DNA from: Patescibacteria group bacterium
Lineage (GTDB): Bacteria; Patescibacteriota; Kazan-3B-28
DNA: 64,000 nucleotides
NCBI GenBank assembly: GCA_041649135.1
Contig: JBAZNQ010000001.1
Location: 163,037-227,036 of the forward strand
Reading direction: 5' to 3'
Positions 29,182 through 37,253 of this stretch are shown in pieces. Each line of letters opens with the position of its first letter. The first letter of the stretch is position 1. A model generated the notes under the pieces. The model searched no databases. It was not told the origin of the DNA and saw nothing but the letters and a program-made list of their open reading frames with translations. A program made the position numbers and the translations under genes.

Positions 29182-29213
29182 TTGAAGGGGAAATCTCCCC
29201 TTGGGTGTATAAT
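29182..29213 (+). promoter_or_regulatory. promoter with consensus -10 (TATAAT 29208-29213)
   Basis: TGTATAAT at 29206-29213; possible -35 TTGAAG at 29182 but the spacer is 20 nt; AGGAGGG RBS precedes ATG 29249; structured hairpins at 29096-29145 upstream. Confidence 0.45.
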
Positions 29214-29248
29214 GAACACGTCATATCCTAACCATTTAGGAGGGCAAC

Positions 29249-29494
29249 ATGGCAGATAAAAAAATCGGCAAAGTCGTACACTACTACGACAAGATTGGCG
29301 TAGCCATTATCGATTTGGCAAGCGATCTTAAGCTTGGCGATACTGTCACTTTCAAAAAAGGTGACACGGAAAAAACCGAAACCATCGAGTCAATTCAGAT
29401 CGAACGCGCGGCGGTAGAATCGGCCAAAAAGGGAGATGTTGTCGGCATTAAAGTCGACGAGCCCTTAAAGGAAGGTACCGAAGTCTACGCGTAA
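29249..29494 (+). CDS. small beta-barrel protein resembling EF-Tu domain 2 (translation-factor-like)
   Basis: 81 aa; pattern KIGKVVHYYDKIGVAIIDL..LKLGDTV.F.....E.T.ESIQIERAAVESAKKGDVVGIKV typical of standalone EF-Tu domain-2-like proteins. Confidence 0.45.
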   Translation: MADKKIGKVVHYYDKIGVAIIDLASDLKLGDTVTFKKGDTEKTETIESIQIERAAVESAKKGDVVGIKVDEPLKEGTEVYA

Positions 29495-29509
29495 AAGTAA
29501 CTAAAAAAG

Positions 29510-29541
29510 TAAAAAGCTCCGTGAATATTACGGAGCTTTTG
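29510..29541. terminator. bidirectional rho-independent terminator
   Basis: AAAAGCTCCGT-gaatatt-ACGGAGCTTTT between convergent genes. Confidence 0.7.
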
Positions 29542-29553
29542 AAGTGAACGACC

Positions 29554-29994
29554 CTAAGAAGCACCTAGCAACTTCTCGAGAAAAACTCGGATATCCCCCA
29601 AAACAAAATCGTCCTTGGGGAACACACGGGGAGTCATGTCTGGCATTGCCATTGTCCACTCACTCACGACTTTCTCAATGTCACCATTCGTAGCAATGCA
29701 GACAACCGGTGGCACCCATCCATGTTCGACAGCAATCTGTTGTAATTGCTGAATAACTTGGATGCCAGTCAATTGCGGCATGTCATAATCACATATCGCA
29801 ATCACAGTACGCCATCCCGTTGTTACTGCTTCTCGATACAGACCTAGGAGTATACTGCCATCGTCACAGAGATCGCAACGCCCAATAATCCCACCCCGCT
29901 GCAATTTTTCAAGACGTTTTCTGGCTGTAACCAAGATGCCTCTGGAGTCATCCACCACCAGCACCATCGCCTTATTCAAACGAGTGCCTGACAT
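29554..29994 (-). CDS. stand-alone response-regulator receiver (CheY-like REC) domain protein (GC-rich)
   Basis: MVLVVDDS N-terminus, phospho-acceptor-like ICDYDMP, conserved T/K positions; 146 aa. Confidence 0.55.
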   Translation of the reverse strand: MSGTRLNKAMVLVVDDSRGILVTARKRLEKLQRGGIIGRCDLCDDGSILLGLYREAVTTGWRTVIAICDYDMPQLTGIQVIQQLQQIAVEHGWVPPVVCIATNGDIEKVVSEWTMAMPDMTPRVFPKDDFVLGDIRVFLEKLLGAS

Positions 29995-30374
29995 ACCATG
30001 GCTCCTTACAGATGTGGTACACTAAAAGCGTGCTAAATCTCACGACTAGCACCAGAAGTATAATACAGAAGCACATTTCTCGCAAACATGGTTGAAGGTA
30101 TCGAAGGCCCAAGAGAGCCTAGAAAAGTCGAAGAAATTACCGAAGCACAGCGGAGTGCTAAGGATTTAGAGAACCATGTTCCTCCACCACCAACTATTGA
30201 AACTCCTCCGTCTACACCCAAACCACCCGCAGAACCGAATTTAGATACCGATACTGTCACCATCAGCCCCAAAGCTTATGCACTACTTAAACAATCTCAA
30301 GAAAATAAACCTACCCAACCAGAAAACTTAGACGAAATTCCTGACCCCACCGAAAAAGAAGAATTAGAATAGCT

Positions 30375-30890
30375 ATGACGAAACTCATTATCGGTCTCGG
30401 CAATCCTAGCCCTAAATATGCTTCCACTCGTCACAATGTCGGCTGGATGGTTTTAGATTTGCTGGCCAAACATCTCAATCTAGAATTTACCAATCATGCC
30501 CGTACTGAATCGGTTATCGCCGCCGGCAAAGGCTTTAAACTCCTCAAGCCCCAAACGTTCATGAATGATTCTGGCCGCGCTGTTGCCAAAGCCGCCCGCT
30601 ATTTTGATATTCCGTCTGAAGATATTATTGTTGTCCACGACGACATTGATTTGCCTCTTGCTGCTATTCGTCGCCGACTATCCGGCAGTAGCGGGGGGCA
30701 CAATGGTGTCCAATCCATCATCGAACAACTCCATACCAAAGACTTTGCCAGGATCAAAATCGGCATCGATCGACCAACTGGCCGCATCACCCCCGCTAGT
30801 TATGTTCTCCAGCCATTTACCAAAACCCAACTGACTGACTTAAAGCCAGCCCTCGAAAAAGCTGTTGATTTGTTACTTAAAGAATTGTAG
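30375..30890 (+). CDS. pth: peptidyl-tRNA hydrolase
   Basis: LIIGLGNPSPKYASTRHNVGWMV N-terminus with catalytic His; HDDIDLP; GGHNG motif. Confidence 0.9.
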   Translation: MTKLIIGLGNPSPKYASTRHNVGWMVLDLLAKHLNLEFTNHARTESVIAAGKGFKLLKPQTFMNDSGRAVAKAARYFDIPSEDIIVVHDDIDLPLAAIRRRLSGSSGGHNGVQSIIEQLHTKDFARIKIGIDRPTGRITPASYVLQPFTKTQLTDLKPALEKAVDLLLKEL

Positions 30891-31185
30891 GCTAAAAAAG
30901 CAAAAGGAAGGAACTATGCCCTTCCCTTTGCCGTAATTCTCCTAGCTTGTCCGGTATCAGCCAAAGCCTTTTACCCAAGCCCTTATGTGAAATTTAATTT
31001 CCAAGGGTGGGGATGCCGGTTGGAATAAGCAGGGAGAAGTTTGCTCGCAACCTCGTACTATCAGATCCCGAGGTGCCGAGGGAAAGCTGATTTTGTGACC
31101 AAACTTCTACCGGCTTGTGATTGGCTTTTTCATAATTGCCAATTATTTCATTATAACACATAAAAACAATTTAGTCAAGACTTAA

Positions 31186-34100
31186 GTGGGTGAAAGTTTT
31201 TACCGGTCGTTGCTGGAACGCTTTATCAACATTGAGCCGTTCCGACAGTTTGTAACTGTTGCCGGTACCAAATCTCTAACTTTAACTGGGCTCAATCAAT
31301 TTGGGCGAGTGTTAATGTTGGCCGGCCTACGTCAACAACACAATAAACCGATTGTCCTAATCACTAAAAACGATCAGGAAGTATTCAAAATTCAAAAATT
31401 ACTTAGTGAACTCTGGAACATCGAAGCCCTAATTTACCCACCGCTTCGCTCCGATTCACTCAATCGTCAGGAATTTATTACTAATTTCCAACAACGAATT
31501 TTAGTCGGAGAGCAGATGCATCGGGCTGGCGTGATTACATTATTTTCTGGTCGGCATCTCATTGAGCCCTTAAGTGTTCCTTCGACTAGTCTTCGCTTAT
31601 CGGTCGGGGATGACATCTCGCCCATCCAACTCATGGGGGATTTGTCCGCCCTCGGTTTTGAGCGTCAGGTGAAAGTTTTTCAAATCGGTGAAATTGCCAA
31701 TCGGGGAGAGGTGGTAGACATTTTCCCACTCTCTACTGACACTCCGTGGCGAATTACTTTTGCTGGTAACAAAATTGAGCAAATCTATACTTTTGATCCG
31801 CTTGACGGTCGGAAAGGGGAGTCTTATCAAACTATTGAAGTCCCGTCACTCAAAATTAAAAACTTCGCTCCCACTCTCGCCGAATTTCTGGAAGAGCATC
31901 GCCGAGATTTCTTAGTAGTGATGGATCATTCCGAAGAAATTCTTCAATCACTTTATGAGATCTTCATGGCCAGTGAAAATGTCGGATTAGTAAGCCTAAA
32001 TCAATCCCTCAATCGTCTGCCAATTATCAAGATCGAAACCATTGCCTCCACCGAGACTGATCAGTTCAATTTTGAATTTCTCACTCCACCGATCTATTCC
32101 TCTCAAATTGATCGGCTAGTCAAAGATACTAAAAAGTATCTTGCTGAAGGTTGGACAGTTGCGATCGCGACCGACAAGGATCGCTCGATCACCCAAATCT
32201 TCAACGAAGCCAACGTGGCTGTCGATGTTAACCCGATCTTGCTACCAGCTATTAGTGGAATTGGCACTATTATCCCATTGTTAAAAACTCTGATCCTGAC
32301 CGATGAAGAAATTTTTGCTATTGTCACTCATTCCGATGTAAAAACTTCTACCAAACAACAGCGTGTTTTTATGGCCGAGATTCAGCGAGGCGACTACATC
32401 GTTCATACTGATCATGGCATCGGCCGGCTGACTGATGTCCAAAAGATCTCGCTTAGTGGCATCGAGCGTGAGTATTTGATCCTAGATTATGCCAAAGGCG
32501 ATAAATTATACGTTCCTGTTGATCAAATCGACAAAATCTCTAAATATGTCTCTGTTGATGGTCGTGAGCCCCAATTAACTCGACTCTCCAGTCAGTCATG
32601 GAAACGAGTTATTAGTAAAATCCGCAAAGAATCCCACAAATTCGCCAAAGAACTTCTCGATTTATATGCCAAACGCCAATTAAGTCACGGCATCAGTTTT
32701 GATGCCGACTTAAGTTGGGAGAAGGCTTTGGCTGATTCATTTGCTTATCAGGAAACTCCTGACCAAGAAACTGTCATCAATGAAATCTTGCGGGACATGG
32801 AACGCGACAAGCCGATGGACCGGCTATTAGTGGCTGATGTCGGTTTTGGCAAAACCGAAGTGGCTATTCGCGCCGGTTTTAAAGCTGCTACTTCCGGTTA
32901 CCAAGTAGCTGTGCTCGCCCCCACCACTATTTTAGTCGAACAGCATTACAAGACTTTTACTGAACGGTTAAAGTCTTTTGATGTGAAAATCGCTGCTCTT
33001 TCTCGTTTTAAATCTAAATCCGAACAAGCGCAAACTGTTGCTCAAGTCAAACTCGGTGAAGTTGATATCGTAATTGGTACCCACCGATTATTGTCTAAAG
33101 ACATCAGGTTCAAAAATCTCGGATTAATTATTATTGACGAAGAACAGCGCTTCGGCGTCGCGCACAAAGAGAAACTCAAATTACTTCGAAGTGAAGTTGA
33201 TGTCTTATCTCTTACTGCTACCCCCATTCCGCGCACGCTTAATCTAGCACTCTCTGGTATTCGGGACATTTCCGTGATCGAAACTCCGCCTACCAATCGA
33301 TTGCCAATTATTACCTCTGTTGTGCCATATAGTAGCAACACCGTCAAAGATGCTATCGAGCGCGAGATCAAACGTAGCGGACAAGTCTACTTTATTCATA
33401 ATCGGGTTCAGACTATCGATACCGTTCAACATCGGCTCGAACAACTCATGCCGGAGATCAAATTCGTTCATGCTCATGGTCAGATGAGTGAACGCATGCT
33501 GGCAAAAATCATGCAGGATTTCAATCAGCACAAGTACGATGTGTTGATCGCTTCAACGATTATTGAAAACGGCATCGATAATCCCAACGTCAATACTTTA
33601 ATTGTTGATGATGCTGGTCGTTTTGGCCTCTCCCAACTTCATCAGCTTCGCGGTCGAATTGGTCGCGGGCAGGTTCAGGGTTACGCCACTTTTATGTACA
33701 ACAAAGGTAAAATGTCGGAACGAGCTTTAGAACGTCTACGCACCATCCAAGAACATACTGATCTCGGTAGTGGTTACAATATCGCGATGCGGGATATGCA
33801 AATCCGCGGTGCTGGCGGAGTCCTGTCCAAACAACAACACGGCCACATTACCGCCATTGGTCTAAGTCTTTACACCAAACTGATCAATAAAGCCGTTGAA
33901 GAAATGCGCAGCGGCCAAAAAATTGATGTCTCTGATGTTACTATCGATCTGCCGGTTAGCGCCTATTTACCGGTCAAATATGTTGATGCCGAAAGTCAAC
34001 GACTCAAGATTTACCAGACTCTCGGTACGATTGAAGATAAAAAGTTACTCAACGAAGAGTTCAAGCGATTGGAGGAAAACTATGGCAAACTGCCAGTCGA

Positions 34101-34386
34101 AGTTGCCAATCTCAAAAAACTTCTTCATCTCAAACTGACTGCTCTTAGCACCCAGATGATTACTGCCATTACTGCTCGGAATCTGAATCCATCCAATCTC
34201 GCGCCCCTTTATCAAATTACGATTCAATTTACTAAGCCACTTAAACCCAAAACTCTCGAACCTATTGTTGGTCAACTTTCCAGTTTGCAGATAGGGGAGA
34301 AGGACATCAAATTCAACCATTCTGATTTTGGTGGCGATTGGCTAGATGGACTGACCAGATTAGTAGAGCAAATTCACCTAGTCTAG
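31186..34386 (+). CDS. mfd: transcription-repair coupling factor
   Basis: UvrB-homology N-terminus; RecG-like SF2 helicase (DVGFGKTEVAIRA, DEEQRFGV, TATPIPRTL); TRG motif; C-terminal TRCF domain; GTG start. Confidence 0.9.
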   Translation: MGESFYRSLLERFINIEPFRQFVTVAGTKSLTLTGLNQFGRVLMLAGLRQQHNKPIVLITKNDQEVFKIQKLLSELWNIEALIYPPLRSDSLNRQEFITNFQQRILVGEQMHRAGVITLFSGRHLIEPLSVPSTSLRLSVGDDISPIQLMGDLSALGFERQVKVFQIGEIANRGEVVDIFPLSTDTPWRITFAGNKIEQIYTFDPLDGRKGESYQTIEVPSLKIKNFAPTLAEFLEEHRRDFLVVMDHSEEILQSLYEIFMASENVGLVSLNQSLNRLPIIKIETIASTETDQFNFEFLTPPIYSSQIDRLVKDTKKYLAEGWTVAIATDKDRSITQIFNEANVAVDVNPILLPAISGIGTIIPLLKTLILTDEEIFAIVTHSDVKTSTKQQRVFMAEIQRGDYIVHTDHGIGRLTDVQKISLSGIEREYLILDYAKGDKLYVPVDQIDKISKYVSVDGREPQLTRLSSQSWKRVISKIRKESHKFAKELLDLYAKRQLSHGISFDADLSWEKALADSFAYQETPDQETVINEILRDMERDKPMDRLLVADVGFGKTEVAIRAGFKAATSGYQVAVLAPTTILVEQHYKTFTERLKSFDVKIAALSRFKSKSEQAQTVAQVKLGEVDIVIGTHRLLSKDIRFKNLGLIIIDEEQRFGVAHKEKLKLLRSEVDVLSLTATPIPRTLNLALSGIRDISVIETPPTNRLPIITSVVPYSSNTVKDAIEREIKRSGQVYFIHNRVQTIDTVQHRLEQLMPEIKFVHAHGQMSERMLAKIMQDFNQHKYDVLIASTIIENGIDNPNVNTLIVDDAGRFGLSQLHQLRGRIGRGQVQGYATFMYNKGKMSERALERLRTIQEHTDLGSGYNIAMRDMQIRGAGGVLSKQQHGHITAIGLSLYTKLINKAVEEMRSGQKIDVSDVTIDLPVSAYLPVKYVDAESQRLKIYQTLGTIEDKKLLNEEFKRLEENYGKLPVEVANLKKLLHLKLTALSTQMITAITARNLNPSNLAPLYQITIQFTKPLKPKTLEPIVGQLSSLQIGEKDIKFNHSDFGGDWLDGLTRLVEQIHLV

Positions 34387-34510
34387 AGCCAATAATTTGA
34401 CTTGAATCAAATAAGGGGAGTATCTTAAAAGTAACCACTTGAGCGGCAGTGGTGTACCATCCTTGTAGTCTTTATGTTGTCTCACCATTTAAGCAGGAGG
34501 AGCACGCGTC

Positions 34511-34903
34511 ATGGTCATGGCCATAGGGTCAAGGGAATTGCTAGGTCTGATCGTCTTGACGGTTACCACGATGTGGTACTGTGCCAACGAGAAGACGGAT
34601 TATCCCATTAACAATGCCGCCGGAGAACCGGTGAAAGTTAACGGGCGTAATTTTACCGTCAAGATTTCTCGCTTCGACAGTAGCCACTATCAAGCCACGC
34701 TTCGGCTTGGTGACAAAGAAATAGGTAGTCCCGCCATCATTCCCGACAAACGTCGAATCAGTCAGTGCTGCTTGAATGAATGGGCTGGGCTACTCCAAGC
34801 TCTCCTAAAAGAGGAGAGACCAGCACCGGACAGTAGTCGATTGATTCTACCGTCGTCGGTTTCATCACCGTCAGCTACTGCAACACCTAGCCTTGCTGGG
34901 TAG
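34511..34903 (+). CDS. hypothetical protein (GC-rich)
   Basis: 130-aa ORF, start uncertain. Confidence 0.25.
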   Translation: MVMAIGSRELLGLIVLTVTTMWYCANEKTDYPINNAAGEPVKVNGRNFTVKISRFDSSHYQATLRLGDKEIGSPAIIPDKRRISQCCLNEWAGLLQALLKEERPAPDSSRLILPSSVSSPSATATPSLAG

Positions 34904-34967
34904 CAGGCCGTTCCAAAAGCCACCAGTCCGCTCAAGTTTAGTGGTTCGAGGAGAAAGGCGTAATTCT

Positions 34968-35003
34968 AGGGTCAGAGTAATGTTACTCTGACCCTTTCTC
35001 TTT
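34968..35003 (+). terminator. rho-independent terminator (13-bp perfect stem)
   Basis: AGGGTCAGAGTAA-tg-TTACTCTGACCCT followed by TTCTCTTT. Confidence 0.6.
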
Positions 35004-35073
35004 ATAAGATTATCTTGACTGAAAGCAGAAAATCTGTAAAAATCAACCAGTACCTTAACCTTACCGTGGAGGG

Positions 35074-35466
35074 ATGATTGCCATGATCGTAGACAAGAAA
35101 ATGATAGAGCAGGTGATACAAGCCGTAAAACGACTCACTCACCACCCAGAAGAATCCCGACGCCTGCTAGTATGTTCTCACCCTAAGGCCGAAATCTTGG
35201 TCGAGCGAAGGAGAACGGAGGAAGATGACACTCTTCTCATCCGCTTTTGGGTCGGTGACGATGACAAACCATCCGATCGCTACCAGATACCCTTCCATCT
35301 GCTATTCAAAGAGCCAGTAATAACGTTGGAAAAAGTGACAATCTTTGTGCAGCAATTCGAGATACCGCACAATCGCTCGCTGTCTCCGGCGGAAAGAGTT
35401 GTCCACGGAGGCAGTTATACTGGCCGCAATGGCAATCATGCCGGAGGTGGTTTCGGAGATCGATAG
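35074..35466 (+). CDS. hypothetical protein
   Basis: 130-aa ORF; Gly-rich C-terminus. Confidence 0.3.
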   Translation: MIAMIVDKKMIEQVIQAVKRLTHHPEESRRLLVCSHPKAEILVERRRTEEDDTLLIRFWVGDDDKPSDRYQIPFHLLFKEPVITLEKVTIFVQQFEIPHNRSLSPAERVVHGGSYTGRNGNHAGGGFGDR

Positions 35467-35689
35467 GGGACTACGGCGCAAACGGAAAGATAGAGGTTCT
35501 GTCAAAAACGGAGCCTCTTTTTATTAATTCTGTTTATTCCCTTAATAGTTTTTATCAATCTCAAATAAAGAACAAAACAATTTGAAATAAAATCCTACAC
35601 CTCCTCTGGAGATAGACAACGTCGCACATTGTATCTTGTACGACATTACATCAAGGATAAGGAGAACACCCCTTCCTTCGTCATTCCGA

Positions 35690-36317
35690 GTGAAACGAAG
35701 AATCCAGCAAAGCGTTTATCAATTTCTTTTTATCTTGACCTTGAATCCGACTTCGAATTTTCCAATTCGTTTTTGCAGATGGACTGACTACTATCGCCCA
35801 AGGCTCAATTGCCACCTCCCCGACCTCTGATACTCGTAAAGCTAAATACAGGTCTTCTGGGGCCAATGAAAAGGCCTACTAGCCAACCTTTGTCATTGCG
35901 AGAAGTTTTACGACGAAGCAATCTACTCCCGTCATCCTGAATTAATTTCAGGATCTTTAAAATCGGAACATAAATCGGCTTCAACCAGAAGAAATCTAAA
36001 CTCATCAACCAGGAGGCTAGCCCACCAGTCAACCAGACTCCCCCACCGACCGCTGAAACGACGCTCCTTGACTTTTTAGATTCGTCGTCCTGAGCGTAGT
36101 CGAAGGATCTATCATCAAATCTGGAAATCAGCTTTTGGAGCCAGTTTTTAGATGCGACCGAATCCCCGTCAATGCATGCAACGATTTCTCCCCGCACTTC
36201 CTTAAAGCCTCTAATTCTGGCATAAACAATTCCGCTCGGCCCATTCTCCTCAACAACTCTCCAATTTGTCCCGTCCTTCGCGTGCCCCGTTGTCATTCCT
36301 GCGAAGGCAGGAATCCA
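35690..36317. repeat. cluster of 5 GTCAT-headed palindromic mini-elements (about 25-32 nt each)
   Basis: 35690-35715 GTCATTCCGAGTGAAACGAAGAATCC; 35892-35923 GTCATTGCGAGAAGTTTTACGACGAAGCAATC; 35931-35955 GTCATCCTGAATTAATTTCAGGATC; 36084-36109 GTCGTCCTGAGCGTAGTCGAAGGATC; 36293-36317 GTCATTCCTGCGAAGGCAGGAATCC. Confidence 0.75.
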
Positions 36318-36503
36318 TTTTTGCTCCTTATCATCATCCTGACTTGACCAGAATCTTTTCGCGATCTCCACCGTCTTATCACTACAATTATGCGCCACCA
36401 AAATAACCTCATCCGGCATCAAAGTCTGCTGTTGAATTGATTTCAAACACCGCGCAATATTACCCGCTTCATTGTGGGCAACAATTAATACCGATATCTT
36501 CAT
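35805..36503 (-). CDS. glycosyltransferase family 2, N-terminal domain intact, interrupted in frame by palindromic mini-elements (possible pseudogene)
   Basis: MKISVLIVAHNEAGNIARCLKS...DEVILVAHNCSDKT...ACIDGDS typical of GT2; segments IPAFAGMTTGHAK, RSFDYAQDDE and LIQDDG are encoded by the GTCAT palindromes; C-terminal third is low-complexity. Confidence 0.5.
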   Translation of the reverse strand: MKISVLIVAHNEAGNIARCLKSIQQQTLMPDEVILVAHNCSDKTVEIAKRFWSSQDDDKEQKWIPAFAGMTTGHAKDGTNWRVVEENGPSGIVYARIRGFKEVRGEIVACIDGDSVASKNWLQKLISRFDDRSFDYAQDDESKKSRSVVSAVGGGVWLTGGLASWLMSLDFFWLKPIYVPILKILKLIQDDGSRLLRRKTSRNDKGWLVGLFIGPRRPVFSFTSIRGRGGGN

Positions 36504-36566
36504 GTGATGTCCCTATAATTGGAGATTGGACATTGGCGAATTGGACATTAAAACCGCCTCGCGGTT

Positions 36567-37094
36567 TTAATGTCCCTCCGGTTGGATTACGGCATTTTCA
36601 ACCGCCGCCCAATGTGAATCTTCATTACTTTCTGGAACTAGAATCGTTATCTGATCTCCCGGCGTTAGTTTAAAGTAAGTCACCGAGGCCAACAGAACAG
36701 CATAGGATTTGCCGCCAGCGACTACTTTATATTCATCATCTTCATAAACCAGCGTGCCCAAAAGTTTTTTACGGTCAACTGGTCCAATTTGTTTAAAGAT
36801 AAACGAGCCATCGTCTTGGATCGTCAGCTTTAACACATCCCCTACCACCAATTTAGATTTGCTGGCGTAGTTAGCTGGTACGGGATACTTCTTGCCGTCG
36901 TGGTCCAACATATACTGACCGTCGAACACACCTTCAACCACGTTGCCCTCGGACTTCAAATTAACAGCTCTACCACCCACATCATCAAATTGGACTCCTA
37001 TCAGTTCTGTTAAAACCTGTTTGGCTGATGCCAAATTAGCGGTCGCTGTTTCCAACAACTGCTTTACCATCTCGATTTTTGCTTTGTCTGCCAT
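36567..37094 (-). CDS. hypothetical protein, last gene of the VirB4-like ATPase operon
   Basis: 175-aa ORF. Confidence 0.4.
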   Translation of the reverse strand: MADKAKIEMVKQLLETATANLASAKQVLTELIGVQFDDVGGRAVNLKSEGNVVEGVFDGQYMLDHDGKKYPVPANYASKSKLVVGDVLKLTIQDDGSFIFKQIGPVDRKKLLGTLVYEDDEYKVVAGGKSYAVLLASVTYFKLTPGDQITILVPESNEDSHWAAVENAVIQPEGH

Positions 37095-37214
37095 TTTTTA
37101 TTTCTCCTTTCACTTGGGACATTTTATGTTCCCTTACTTCTATTTTTCCAACTTTGGAACGTTTGACGTTCCGAAGCATTGTAATTGATCTCGCCTTCAC
37201 TGTCAATCTCCCAC

Positions 37215-37253
37215 ATTGGTTTAGATTGGTGAGATTGAATAGATTGATTAGAC
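37215..37253. repeat. 9-mer tandem repeat GATTGGTNA family, copy a
   Basis: attggttta gattggtga gattgaata gattgatta. Confidence 0.7.

Noticed and set aside
30033-30372. Pro-rich 94-aa plus-strand ORF (30088-30372) and antisense 79-aa ORF upstream of pth
   Set aside because: No RBS, extreme Pro/Glu/Thr composition, and mutually overlapping. Could be a real disordered protein but unsupported.
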